Positions 46,086-56,628 of a stretch of DNA of 64,000 nucleotides are shown in pieces. How positions within the stretch are numbered: the stretch's first letter is position 1; every line of letters starts with the position of its first letter. The DNA comes from Candidatus Helarchaeota archaeon (lineage in GTDB: Archaea; Asgardarchaeota; Lokiarchaeia; Helarchaeales; RDOG01). The notes beneath the pieces were generated by a model. That model did no database searches. It saw nothing but the letters and a program-made list of their open reading frames with translations, and was not told where the DNA came from. The DNA is taken from NCBI GenBank assembly GCA_019058315.1, contig JAHPZH010000005.1:1-64000 (forward strand). Direction: 5' to 3'. A program made the position numbers and the translations under genes.

Positions 46086-47786
46086 GTGAAGATAATGGCG
46101 TATATTAAAGAAACCGCTTCAGTTTGTCCAGAATGCTTACAGCAAATTAATGCTACGATATATGAAGACGAAAAGGATAATAATATTTACATGAAAAAGA
46201 CTTGTCCTGAGCATGGGGAATTCAAGGACATCATTGCTGGCAGTAAACATTATTATATTTGGAGACGGGGTTATCATCATGATTCTTTAGAGACACCTTT
46301 AGATCGTGAAACAGGTTTTGACAATGGACCATTTAGCCAATTTGGTGGAAAACAGGGGCTGAAAGGTTGTCCTTATGATTGTGGTTTGTGTGAGAACCAT
46401 AAATCGGCTTCATGTATTTGTTTAATAGATATAACTAATCGATGCAACCTCAAATGTCCTATATGTTTCGCAAACGCAGCTGTAACGGGTTACGTTGTTG
46501 AACCTACTTTGGAAGAGATTGAAACTATTATGGCACATTTCAGGGACACTAAACCTATGCCTCCCGCAGCTCTCCAAATTTCCGGTGGTGAGCCTACAAT
46601 TCGAAACGATTTACCTGAAATAGTACAAATGAGTAAGGACATGGGATTTGCTCATCGTATGGTTACTACTAACGGAATTAGATTCACGAACATTGACTAC
46701 TTACAAGAGATTATAGATGCTGGAATGAATGCTATGTATTGGCAATTTGATGGTGTAGAACGTGAAACTTGGATAAAAACTCGAGGGGTAGATTTATTAG
46801 ATAAAAAGATGAAAGTTATTGAAAATTGCCGTGAATTGGGATACAAAGACGTTGTTCTAGTTCCAACAGTAGCACGTGGAGTTAATGACCACGAAGTAGG
46901 AAATATAATGGATTTCGCTATTCAAAATAATGATGTCGTATCGTGTGTCGTATTTCAGCCAGTATCTCTTTGTGGACGAATTACACAACAAGAAGTTCTC
47001 AGAATGCGGTATAATTCGACTGATTTATTCGATGATATCAATAAACATTCTTCTCCTAATATGGATGCAAATATTTTTGGTACACGATTTTATCCAATTC
47101 CTACACTCTCACATTTCGTGAAATTAGTTACTTGGTTTGACGATGTCGAACCCTTTGAGATGACATCGCATGAAGATTGTGGATTTGCAACTATTGGAAT
47201 AGTCGAACGTCACAAAGATCCAAAGGATAATAAAATGAGAGCCATTGATGACTATTTCAATATTGATGCTGCTGTAGGAGATGCTGATAGATTGTGGACC
47301 TTTTTAAAAGATACAAGATTAGAGAATAAACAACCATTTTTCTCAAGGATTTTTGGAGCGATCTCTCCTACAATCGGGAAAGCTATAGGAGATGCGATGG
47401 ATAGTGCTGGACATTTCCTAATAAGAAAAGCGTTTAAATATGGGTTCTTAGTTAACACAATGCGACACCTTGAATTTAAAGATCCAAGAAATCTTTTAGA
47501 TACATTGCTTAAATTTTCGAGAATTGTCTTAAATCCTGGTTGGGATTCCGCTGCAGGTTTCCTAAATACAAATGCATTACTAGTATCATGTATGCACTTT
47601 CAAGACGCATTTAATATGAATGTTGAACGAACGTCTAGATGTTTGGTCCATTACGGCATCTACGACAGAGAGCGAAAGAAAGTTTTCCGAATCCCGTTTT
47701 GTACTATGAATACCTTACACAGGCCCATTATAGAAAAGAAAAATGCTGAATTACAACAACAGACAATGGAAGTCACATTAGAATAA
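46086..47786 (+). CDS. tes: Radical SAM tetraether lipid synthase (Tes / GDGT-MAS family)
   Basis: SVCPEC...KTCPEHG; GCPYDCGLC..H; TNRCNLKCPICFANA; QISGGEPT; CMHFQD...RCLVHY; IPFCTMN. Confidence 0.88.
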   Translation: MKIMAYIKETASVCPECLQQINATIYEDEKDNNIYMKKTCPEHGEFKDIIAGSKHYYIWRRGYHHDSLETPLDRETGFDNGPFSQFGGKQGLKGCPYDCGLCENHKSASCICLIDITNRCNLKCPICFANAAVTGYVVEPTLEEIETIMAHFRDTKPMPPAALQISGGEPTIRNDLPEIVQMSKDMGFAHRMVTTNGIRFTNIDYLQEIIDAGMNAMYWQFDGVERETWIKTRGVDLLDKKMKVIENCRELGYKDVVLVPTVARGVNDHEVGNIMDFAIQNNDVVSCVVFQPVSLCGRITQQEVLRMRYNSTDLFDDINKHSSPNMDANIFGTRFYPIPTLSHFVKLVTWFDDVEPFEMTSHEDCGFATIGIVERHKDPKDNKMRAIDDYFNIDAAVGDADRLWTFLKDTRLENKQPFFSRIFGAISPTIGKAIGDAMDSAGHFLIRKAFKYGFLVNTMRHLEFKDPRNLLDTLLKFSRIVLNPGWDSAAGFLNTNALLVSCMHFQDAFNMNVERTSRCLVHYGIYDRERKKVFRIPFCTMNTLHRPIIEKKNAELQQQTMEVTLE

Positions 47787-47838
47787 TTTTTTCATTTAAT
47801 ACCCACTTTTTCCTTTTATTTAAAAGAAAAATTAATTT

Positions 47839-48504
47839 TTGAATTCTAAAATGATAGAGGACGACAAATTTAAAAAAAATAGTGAACTTTTAAAGGAATA
47901 TTGGATTTCAGAAATTGAGGACACATTAGAAAACATTAAAAATTATTTAAAACATTTTTTTTCTGGTGTTTGGGGTTGGTTATTCAATAAATTTGTTGTA
48001 TTTATTTTCGATTTTTTTCTTTCTCCCGAAGTTCGTGAAAAATCGATAACACAATTATCTCCGATACTAGAGGGAGCAAAAATATTAAATTCAAATAATT
48101 TGGACGATATAATTGAGCAATTTTTTGAAGAATTTAAAGAAAATGATTTAGGTTACATTCGCTGCAAACACAAACATAAAAAATTTCCCGAATTAGTTGA
48201 AAAAATGAGGCAAAATTTCATTACAAGGGTAACAGGTACTCATAAATTACTATTAGCAGATGGTAAATGTTATAGTGAATTGGTTAGAAATGCTTTCCAA
48301 AACAAAGAAGAAGCGATCAAAGTTATGGTGGAAACTTTAGATCTAGCAAAAGAATCCCTAGATTTTACTGTTGAAAATAAAATAATTAAAATTAGTCCAT
48401 TAATTAGAAGCCAAACAATTAGTGTACTTTATAAAGAAATTGACTATAAACGGAAAGTATTTCTCGATAAACTAGATCAAATTTTTTCTGGTGAAGATTT
48501 TTAA
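47839..48504 (+). CDS. Hypothetical helical protein
   Basis: 221-aa uninterrupted ORF downstream of tes. Confidence 0.6.
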   Translation: MNSKMIEDDKFKKNSELLKEYWISEIEDTLENIKNYLKHFFSGVWGWLFNKFVVFIFDFFLSPEVREKSITQLSPILEGAKILNSNNLDDIIEQFFEEFKENDLGYIRCKHKHKKFPELVEKMRQNFITRVTGTHKLLLADGKCYSELVRNAFQNKEEAIKVMVETLDLAKESLDFTVENKIIKISPLIRSQTISVLYKEIDYKRKVFLDKLDQIFSGEDF

Positions 48505-48983
48505 AATTGTATTATTGTGGGTAAAATTTTTTCTTTCGTAATATGGACTATACCCAATGATCTAGCAGTAAAAATACCAGAACCAGTTCCACTTCCAGGA
48601 TTAAGTAAAATTATTTTTCCTTTGTTACTAATTTTCTTTCTATGGGTATGACCATATATTGCTAGATTAACCTCATTTTCTTTTAATGGAATATGATTTA
48701 GTTTATGAGCCATCTTAATGGCATGTCCTAGAATTTCAAACTCCTCAAGCTGTTTGAATTTCTTTTTTACCTCATATTTATCCATATTTCCATGAACTAC
48801 GATAATTTTTTCCGCATTTGTATTCATTTCCAAATCATAAATTACTTTAAGAGTTACCAGATCTCCTGCAAAAAATATAAACTTGACATCTTCTAAATTA
48901 AAGGTTTCATAGAGTTTTTCAGGGATTTTTAAGGCTCGTGAAGGGACATGGGTATCTGCAATACATCCTATTTTGACTGACAT
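48501..48983 (-). CDS. YfcE/MJ0936/Vps29-family metallophosphoesterase
   Basis: IADTH; AGDL; HGNMD; GHTH; LNPGS. Confidence 0.9.
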   Translation of the reverse strand: MSVKIGCIADTHVPSRALKIPEKLYETFNLEDVKFIFFAGDLVTLKVIYDLEMNTNAEKIIVVHGNMDKYEVKKKFKQLEEFEILGHAIKMAHKLNHIPLKENEVNLAIYGHTHRKKISNKGKIILLNPGSGTGSGIFTARSLGIVHITKEKILPTIIQF

Positions 48984-48986
48984 TCA

Positions 48987-49385
48987 TTAATCTTCCTTTC
49001 TACTTGATAACCTTTCCTCACGCTCTTTTTCTAACAATTTTATGAATTTTTTCACTTTTTTTGACTTGCTTTTTTTAATATATTTAATATTTTCGCGATT
49101 TAAACAATCTTTATCGATCACACATTCACCATTATCATATACAAAGGGATATAATCGACATCCTTGAGGTCTATACCTATGAATTGTGCATTTTTTATCT
49201 GGGGCATAATAAAAAATGCATTGATTATTATCATTCATTAAATAGAGAAAACCATCTTTCTCATAATAAAAATCAAATTCTGGATTTATTTTAGTAAAAA
49301 TTTTAAGAATATCTTGATTAGATAAATTCATCTCGGTATCAAGACAACAATTACCGCATTTAATACAATATCTCAAGAATTTCAC
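48987..49385 (-). CDS. YkgJ-family CxxCxxCC protein
   Basis: CIKCGNCC; CIFY; CTIHRYRPQGCRLYPF. Confidence 0.9.
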   Translation of the reverse strand: MKFLRYCIKCGNCCLDTEMNLSNQDILKIFTKINPEFDFYYEKDGFLYLMNDNNQCIFYYAPDKKCTIHRYRPQGCRLYPFVYDNGECVIDKDCLNRENIKYIKKSKSKKVKKFIKLLEKEREERLSSRKED

Positions 49386-49539
49386 TCATTTAAGATGATT
49401 ATAACTTTATAAAATTTATATTTTCCTTTATTTAGATTTATTTCAAATGTTCCTTAATTTTTAAGAAGAATTTAAAAAATTTGGATTACAATTTTAAATT
49501 CTTCAACAATAAAAGTTATAATAAATTAAAAAATAAAAG

Positions 49540-50022
49540 GTGGGCTTTTTAAAATTGGTAAAGTTTCCATCTCCTGAGTATTGTGAAATATATAAAAAAT
49601 TGATAAATGAATCAGAGGAATACGAAAAAGCTGCAGCCACATGGGAAGGTGACCTCATGTTCATTATAGAAGGCGAAGGCGATCTATTGGAAGATGGTGA
49701 GAAATTTATTCTATATTTAGACCTTTGGCATGGAAAATGCAGAGACGTTAAATTGATGTTAGAAGAGGATGAAAAACCAGACGTAGCATTTAAAATACGC
49801 GGAGGCGAATCAGTTTGGAGAAAAATATCAGAAGAAGGTGGCAATGCAATAAATATGATAATGACCAACGAATTGCAAGCCGAAGGTGATATGAACAAAT
49901 TAATGAGAGCAACAAAACCCGCATTACTTTTAGCTAAAATACAACAATCTATCGATATAGAATATTTAACTCCAGAAGAAGCAGACGAATTAAGGGCTGA
50001 AATAGAAAAACAAAAAAGCTAA
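49540..50022 (+). CDS. SCP2 sterol-binding domain protein
   Basis: FPSPEY...YEKAAATWEGD...LDLWHGKC...ELQAEGDMNKLMR. Confidence 0.8.
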   Translation: MGFLKLVKFPSPEYCEIYKKLINESEEYEKAAATWEGDLMFIIEGEGDLLEDGEKFILYLDLWHGKCRDVKLMLEEDEKPDVAFKIRGGESVWRKISEEGGNAINMIMTNELQAEGDMNKLMRATKPALLLAKIQQSIDIEYLTPEEADELRAEIEKQKS

Positions 50023-50196
50023 CTATTTTTTCTCTTTTTATTTAAAATTGGAAAATAACTAGATACTATTTTAGAAAATTTCGAGTATCTAATTATCATC
50101 TCTAATCTTTCTCCATTGATTAATTGGATAATTTAAATAGGATCCAATTTTAATATATTCAGATTTATCGAACAAAAAAATCTTAGGAGTTAAATT

Positions 50197-51822
50197 ATGA
50201 TAAAAGCTAAATACTCAATAATTTTAATGCTGACAATCTTTATTATGATATATTCTGGATATTTAACGGCAAATCAAATAGGAAATATAGGATCCTTCGA
50301 AATTCGGAAAGTTAATGATGATATAATTTCATCCCGTCAAATATATACGGAATGGGTTGGCAATGGATCTGCCATTTGTACAGAAATCGACACACAATGG
50401 TATCAAGAGCTCTGCAGCGATCTTGATGGAGGAGCAATTATCACGTGGACCGATGAGAGAAAGGGCACCGATGATGATGTTTATGCTCAAAGAATTGATT
50501 CAAATGGAAATATTAGATGGTTAAAAAATGGTACTCCTATATCTACTGAAACCAATAATCAAAGATTTTCTAAAATATGTAGTGATACTGAAGGTGGTGC
50601 AATCATCACTTGGGTTGATTTTAGAGGACCCGATGCAGATATATATGCACAAAGAATCAATTCAAGTGGAATTACTCTATGGAAAGCTAATGGAACACCG
50701 ATATCCACAGAAACCGGTTCTCAAGCTGCTCCTGAAATTACTATAGATGAATATGGAAATTCAATCATTGTTTGGCATGATTTTAGAGGATCAGATTGGG
50801 ATATTTATGCACAACGGCTTGATATTTATGGAAATGTTTTATGGGATTTAAATGGAACTCCAATATGCACTTACGGCGGTGATCAATTTTATCCTAAAAT
50901 TTGTCCTGATGGAGAGGGTGGTGCAATAATTATTTGGAGAGATGAAAGAACTGTAGCGTCTAGTGATATTTATGCACAGAGAATTAATTCAACTGGAAAT
51001 ATATTATGGTCACCGAATGGTACAGTAATTTCTAACGAAAATGGAGAACAACATGAACCTCAGATTTGTAGTGATGGATTAAATGGTGCAATTATAACTT
51101 GGGAAGATGATAGAGCATCAAATTGGGATATATATGTGCAAAGGATCAATTCAAGTGGTAATACTTTATTGTCCAACAACGGAACACCAGTATGTACAGA
51201 CGATGATCAACAACGAAATCCAAAACTTTGTGGGGATGGTGCTGGAGGAACAATAATAACTTGGCAGGATGATAGAAATAGTCCGGGTGTCGAAGAAATT
51301 TATGCTCAAAGAATGGATTCAGAAGGAAATTTTACATGGATTGCTAATGGAACACGAATCATTTATGCAAATCAAGAACAAATTTTACCCGAAATATGTA
51401 GCGATGGAGCTGGTGGTGCTTATATAACATGGAACGATTATAGAAGAGTCGGTATATCAGATGTATATATGCAATGGATCGACTCAAATGGTGTAATTAA
51501 ATTGACACCATTCGGTATGCCAATAAGCGTGCAATTTAGTAGTCAACTCAATCCTAAAATTTGTTGCGATGATAATGGCGGCGCAATCATCACATGGTAT
51601 GATATGAGAAACATTGCAACCACAGGTTATGATATATACACTCAGAAAATAACAAATACCACCACTATGGAAGAAGAGCCTGAGTTAGACCCCTTATTAT
51701 TGCTTTTAATGTCCATTCCACAACCCAAGATTCTAGATTTATTCTCTAATCCCTTGATATTAAGTGCAATTTATGGAACAGTGATTATTATTTTAATAAT
51801 AGCCTTAATTAAAAAGAAATAA
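50197..51822 (+). CDS. Membrane-anchored surface protein with 8 beta-propeller-like repeats
   Basis: Signal peptide; 8x ICSDG.GGAIITW.D.R...DIYAQRI.S.G..LW..NG; C-terminal TM + KKK. Confidence 0.8.
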   Translation: MIKAKYSIILMLTIFIMIYSGYLTANQIGNIGSFEIRKVNDDIISSRQIYTEWVGNGSAICTEIDTQWYQELCSDLDGGAIITWTDERKGTDDDVYAQRIDSNGNIRWLKNGTPISTETNNQRFSKICSDTEGGAIITWVDFRGPDADIYAQRINSSGITLWKANGTPISTETGSQAAPEITIDEYGNSIIVWHDFRGSDWDIYAQRLDIYGNVLWDLNGTPICTYGGDQFYPKICPDGEGGAIIIWRDERTVASSDIYAQRINSTGNILWSPNGTVISNENGEQHEPQICSDGLNGAIITWEDDRASNWDIYVQRINSSGNTLLSNNGTPVCTDDDQQRNPKLCGDGAGGTIITWQDDRNSPGVEEIYAQRMDSEGNFTWIANGTRIIYANQEQILPEICSDGAGGAYITWNDYRRVGISDVYMQWIDSNGVIKLTPFGMPISVQFSSQLNPKICCDDNGGAIITWYDMRNIATTGYDIYTQKITNTTTMEEEPELDPLLLLLMSIPQPKILDLFSNPLILSAIYGTVIIILIIALIKKK

Positions 51823-51957
51823 TAATTTGCTTTCCTTTCACTTTTTTTTATTTGAGTAAGAATATTAAAATAATTACATTCCTTTTTTTAGAATATAAAA
51901 GATTTATAGTTTTTAACAGATTATATAAGTGATTCATCTAAAATTAAGGGACTAAAT

Positions 51958-53115
51958 ATGAGCCCACAAAATTTATTTTCAGATTTAGACAAGCCAAATA
52001 AAGAATTCATGCTTTTGGCGAAACATATGTTTAAGTGTTTCAAGGAATTAGGAGCAGAATTTGTTGAAGCTTTATTCCCAAAATTTGACGAAATTCAGTA
52101 TGAATTAATTAAATATCGCTGGGACAATATGATTCAAACCTCGCGGAAAGTCATTGATGGTGAAGTTCCTACAGAAGATGCAGATAGGATTCTTCTATAC
52201 ACGCTTCCTCATGTTATCTCATTAATTAGCTCTTTACAAACAGGATTAATTAAGCTACTTTATGGCGAGAGTGTCGATGTAACCGCTGTTATGGTTGATG
52301 ATTTTAATTGGCAAATTGTGACTTGTATGAATGGACACCAAGAAGATGGCATTCCTGTGGACTGGTGGAATATCGGTTTAGAAGATGAACTAATGGACCG
52401 GCGTCACATGAAACGGGGTGTGAAATTTAAAGACCTTTATAAATCAACAAAAGACGTGACTAAAGCTGCTCAACTTATCATGGAAGTTCTAAAGGACGTA
52501 AGGAATGAAAGAACTCCTCAATGGTCAAACTCTCTTTATACTGTCGTAATTTTACATACGAGCGGTCTTTTTAATTTCTTCACCGAATTAAGCAATTACG
52601 AAGTCATAGGATCTATTTGGGATGGATATAATAGTAAAAAGTATAAATTAAAGGATTATTGGTTTTTAATGTATCCAGATCCACCTATGATACGAACAAT
52701 GACTATGTCTTCCCGAGATGCATTTATTCGAAAATTAACTGGATTAACTACTGCAAGAAATTTTGCAATTCATACAATCGAAGATCCAGCTCTTGATTGG
52801 GTAAAAGAAGAAATCCCAGAAGCATATGATGCCGTTCTTTTAAGTGATTGGGAAGAAGGAATTCCTTTACCAATATCTACTTTAAATTGTAAAATCCCTA
52901 CAGATATTAAAAAGCTCATTTCTTCGGATGAAAAATTAAATTGGCAATACCCGAACCATCAAAGAATCACAATGGATACTTTTGATCTGTCAACTGATAA
53001 TTGTTTTGCGGGATATTTAACCGATATTACGGATGAAACATCGCCAGATGCGGGAATTACTAGAGATAATATAATTTCAAAAAATTTTGGTCAGTATACT
53101 GAATTTTTCAAATAA
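51958..53115 (+). CDS. Conserved hypothetical protein, paralogue A
   Basis: Colinear with 53231-54391 over its full length. Confidence 0.8.
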   Translation: MSPQNLFSDLDKPNKEFMLLAKHMFKCFKELGAEFVEALFPKFDEIQYELIKYRWDNMIQTSRKVIDGEVPTEDADRILLYTLPHVISLISSLQTGLIKLLYGESVDVTAVMVDDFNWQIVTCMNGHQEDGIPVDWWNIGLEDELMDRRHMKRGVKFKDLYKSTKDVTKAAQLIMEVLKDVRNERTPQWSNSLYTVVILHTSGLFNFFTELSNYEVIGSIWDGYNSKKYKLKDYWFLMYPDPPMIRTMTMSSRDAFIRKLTGLTTARNFAIHTIEDPALDWVKEEIPEAYDAVLLSDWEEGIPLPISTLNCKIPTDIKKLISSDEKLNWQYPNHQRITMDTFDLSTDNCFAGYLTDITDETSPDAGITRDNIISKNFGQYTEFFK

Positions 53116-53230
53116 GATTTAATGTTATTTTTGTTAGAGCATTAATATTTTTTTTAAATTGAAAACTAAAAAATATATATATCATAAAGAACTCACTTTT
53201 TATACAAATCTAAATAAGTGGGGATAATCC

Positions 53231-54391
53231 TTGAGTCCACAAAATTTGTATGCTGAATTGGATAAACCTAACAAAGAATACTTACTTCTTGCAAAACATA
53301 TGTTTAAATGCTTCAAAGAGCTTGGAGCTGAATATATAGAAGCCCTTTTTCCTAAGTTTGATCAAATCCAGTACGAATTAATCAAAGAACGATGGGACAA
53401 TATGATTCTTACCTCTCGAAAAGTGATCGATGGACGGATTCCTCCAGATAAAGCCGAAAAAACTGTGCTCTACACCCTGCCGCATGTTATCAGTTTAAAA
53501 TCTACATTACAAACAGGACTTATTAAATTACTTTATGGCTCTAGTGTGGATGTAACGGCAGTCATGGTTGATGACTTCAACTGGCAAGTAGTAACCGCAT
53601 TCAATGGTCACATGGAGGATGGAATACCCGTAGATTGGTGGGTACTAGGGATGGATGACGAGATGATGGATCGCCGTCATTTAAAAAGAGGGATGAAATT
53701 TAAAGAAATATATGAAGTAACAAAAAACGTCCAGAAGACAGCACAATTTATGATGGAATTATTAAAAGACGTGAGAAATGAAAGAACTCCACAGTGGTCA
53801 TTTTCTCTATATACATTAGTTATAATACATACTTCAGGATTATTTAATTTCTTCACAGAGTTAAGTAACTTTGAAGTTCTTGGGAATATATGGGAGGGAC
53901 TAAATTCTAAAAAGAAATTTAACACTCCAGATCATTTTTTTCTAATGTATCCTTACCCTCCGATGATAAAATCTCTTGTGATGCTTCCCAGAGCAGGTTT
54001 TATTCAGAGATTGGCGGATCTAACTACTGGGAAGTACTTAAATCTTAATAATATTGAAGATCCCGCTTTGGAATGGATTAAAGAAGAAATTCCAGAAGCA
54101 TATGAGCCTGTCTTGCTCAATGATTGGAAAGAAGGATGGCCATTACCACAAGCCACTTTACAATGTAAAATTCCCACAAATTTAAATGAAATATTAACTT
54201 CTGATGAGAAACTAAATTATCATTATCCGTCCCATAAACGGATCACAATGGATACCTTCGGTTTTACACCTGATGATGCATGGAAAGGTTATTTAACAGA
54301 TATCACAAATGAAACACCACTTGACGCAGAACTAAGTAAAGATAATCTAATTTCAAAAGGATTTGGGCGAAATACAGAATTTTTAAAGTGA
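53231..54391 (+). CDS. Conserved hypothetical protein, paralogue B
   Basis: Shares QTGLIKLLYG, NGH.EDGIPVDWW, DRRH, KDVRNERTPQWS with paralogue A. Confidence 0.8.
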   Translation: MSPQNLYAELDKPNKEYLLLAKHMFKCFKELGAEYIEALFPKFDQIQYELIKERWDNMILTSRKVIDGRIPPDKAEKTVLYTLPHVISLKSTLQTGLIKLLYGSSVDVTAVMVDDFNWQVVTAFNGHMEDGIPVDWWVLGMDDEMMDRRHLKRGMKFKEIYEVTKNVQKTAQFMMELLKDVRNERTPQWSFSLYTLVIIHTSGLFNFFTELSNFEVLGNIWEGLNSKKKFNTPDHFFLMYPYPPMIKSLVMLPRAGFIQRLADLTTGKYLNLNNIEDPALEWIKEEIPEAYEPVLLNDWKEGWPLPQATLQCKIPTNLNEILTSDEKLNYHYPSHKRITMDTFGFTPDDAWKGYLTDITNETPLDAELSKDNLISKGFGRNTEFLK

Positions 54392-54430
54392 AAAGGGAAA
54401 TTTGAATTTAATTTTTTAGAGATTTTTGAC

Positions 54431-55114
54431 TTAAACTGTTTTTCTTTTTAATGTTAAGTACTTCTTTTTTTGATAAGTACGTATAACACCTTCAACTGCT
54501 AGTCTAGAAATTTTAGTTTCTTTTATAATATCCATAATTGTGTGTGTTCCATCACATAAACGTAGGATTTTTACATCATTAATTGGAAATTTTTCCTTAC
54601 CAGTCAATTCTTTTATTAATCTTGGAAGCTTAGCAAATTTTTTGGAATCTACTTGTGTATATTGAGGTTTAGCACTAGGAGTTGGAGCAGTCTGTTGGGA
54701 TATAGTTATTTCTTCCGTAATTTCTACCTTTCTTTTTATCGTGATTTTGGTAACTTCATCTATTTTTTCATCAATTATATCCGCATAATTGAACATTTTA
54801 TTCTTAAAGGCAAGAAGCGAACCTAATTTACCCTTTTTAGTATATAATATAATCATACTTTTTTCTGATACCTTGAAAAAACCGATGCTTTTATTTGACA
54901 TTGGAAATGCATGATCTCCCACTCCGAGCAAGCTAAAATTAGTTTTTACAAAGTTTATAATGAAAGAGAGCATATTTTCTTCATTGAAGTCGTTTCTCGC
55001 GAATTTTAATTCACCATTTTCGTTTGTAATTGCAGTATATACCCTTGAACCTATTAAAGCTCCCAAATATTTCTCAATTTCTTGAACTAAGTCGTAAAAT
55101 GCTTCTGATTCCAA
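54431..55114 (-). CDS. Roadblock/profilin-like domain plus C-terminal wHTH protein
   Basis: TAITNENGELKF...FFKVSEKSMIILYT; ILRLCDGTHTIMDIIKETKIS. Confidence 0.55.
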   Translation of the reverse strand: MESEAFYDLVQEIEKYLGALIGSRVYTAITNENGELKFARNDFNEENMLSFIINFVKTNFSLLGVGDHAFPMSNKSIGFFKVSEKSMIILYTKKGKLGSLLAFKNKMFNYADIIDEKIDEVTKITIKRKVEITEEITISQQTAPTPSAKPQYTQVDSKKFAKLPRLIKELTGKEKFPINDVKILRLCDGTHTIMDIIKETKISRLAVEGVIRTYQKKKYLTLKRKTV

Positions 55115-55334
55115 ATATACACCAGTATTGCCTAATTTTCAATAATATTAATGAAGATTCTCTTAAAAATAATTCAATGAAAAAATTACAATCCTTAATA
55201 AGAATATCAGAATTTTCCATATTAGTAATATAAAATCAGTTTATTGAAAAAAGGTAGAAATTTTTATTCAATAAAAGATTTAAGTTAAAAAGAAATATTT
55301 TTAAAATAAAAAGATTTAAATTTTTGTTTTAGAC

Positions 55335-55949
55335 TTATGATCCTTCCGGATAAAGAAAGATTGTAAATTCTGCATAGGGATCTCCCCTCATGATACATTT
55401 TGTCTCCTTAACTTCGACTCTTAATTCATTGCCTACATATTCTTCAATTGTTTCAACGGCAGCTTCCACAACACCTGCCATAACAGAGCCCCATGTCTGA
55501 CTTCCTGTAGTTTCTTTATTGACTTCTATAGATTTTTCCTCCTTTAACCCTGCACAAAACATACATCGATCTAGAGTAAAGATGACTCTAGGAATAGGCA
55601 CTTGATCATCTGGTGGATAGTATTTACAGCTGGAAAATCTTTGACCCGTCATAACATAGTAAGAAGTTTCGATTATCGTTGGTAAATCTTCTAAACTTTT
55701 AGAAAAAACATATTTTCCGATATCCAAGAATTCATATGTGATATCATGACCTGCTAATTTTCCTAGTCTGTGGAATTCCGCTAATGCAGTCTCTAGAGTC
55801 CCGTCCGTTAGATCCATCAACATTTTTACATCTTCCAAATATGTCAAAGAAAATATAAGACCACTTAGCTTTGGTTGTCTCCACCATAGTAATTTCTTAC
55901 CCACTTTTGATAATAATCTTCTAAACCAACCCAATTTATCAGGAACCAA
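55335..55949 (-). CDS. V4R-domain protein
   Basis: HRLGKLAG; RCMFC; AGVVE; VKETKCIMRGDPYAEF. Confidence 0.75.
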   Translation of the reverse strand: MVPDKLGWFRRLLSKVGKKLLWWRQPKLSGLIFSLTYLEDVKMLMDLTDGTLETALAEFHRLGKLAGHDITYEFLDIGKYVFSKSLEDLPTIIETSYYVMTGQRFSSCKYYPPDDQVPIPRVIFTLDRCMFCAGLKEEKSIEVNKETTGSQTWGSVMAGVVEAAVETIEEYVGNELRVEVKETKCIMRGDPYAEFTIFLYPEGS

Positions 55950-55957
55950 ATAATCAC

Positions 55958-56482
55958 CTATAATACTTCAATAACTTCATGAGTACACAATTTATCTCCT
56001 CGAGCTTTTGATGCTATTGTGTTAACTACTACCTTTGGTATTTTTTTATAGCCAGTTTGATTTAGACTGTTCAATAGAAATTCCATTGCACCTCCAAGAG
56101 CTACACAATAATGGATTTCAGTTTCTTCTACACCTTCCCAGCAGAGGATACATTTGTTATCATATATAAACCATTTTCTCGGTGTTTCTTTTTTAAATTC
56201 TTTGATTTTATATAATTTAATGAAAAAATGTGTTTTGTAAGTGTCTTTTAAAACCTTTTTTATAGTATCTCCTTTAGGTGTCCAATGTATAAGCATATCT
56301 TCCATAACTCTTCGTCCAAATTCCTTTAATTTTTCAGTACCTTTCTCTACACCCCATTTTTCCTTGATCATTGGCATTATATAACCATATATTATTGGAA
56401 GAAGGGATCGACTCCACCTAACTTCTAGCATATCTTCCCTTGTTAACTCAATAAAGGGAAGTTCACCAGTAAAAATTTCCAA
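55958..56482 (-). CDS. V4R-domain protein
   Basis: LKEFGRRV; KCILC; HYCVALGGAME; SKARGDKLC. Confidence 0.75.
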   Translation of the reverse strand: MEIFTGELPFIELTREDMLEVRWSRSLLPIIYGYIMPMIKEKWGVEKGTEKLKEFGRRVMEDMLIHWTPKGDTIKKVLKDTYKTHFFIKLYKIKEFKKETPRKWFIYDNKCILCWEGVEETEIHYCVALGGAMEFLLNSLNQTGYKKIPKVVVNTIASKARGDKLCTHEVIEVL

Positions 56483-56628
56483 TTTAAATAAACCTCATAA
56501 TAATTGTTTATTTTTTAATAGAAAACAAAAATTTTGGAATAAACCAGTACTAATCTATATATATTTTCTACCTATTTACTTTTATTATTAAATTCTTTTA
56601 GGTAAATAAAGAAGAAATCAGTCAAATT

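Noticed and set aside
48501-48983. Vps29 retromer subunit
   Set aside because: It keeps the ordinary MJ0936/YfcE phosphoesterase motifs and no Vps26/Vps35-like neighbours are visible
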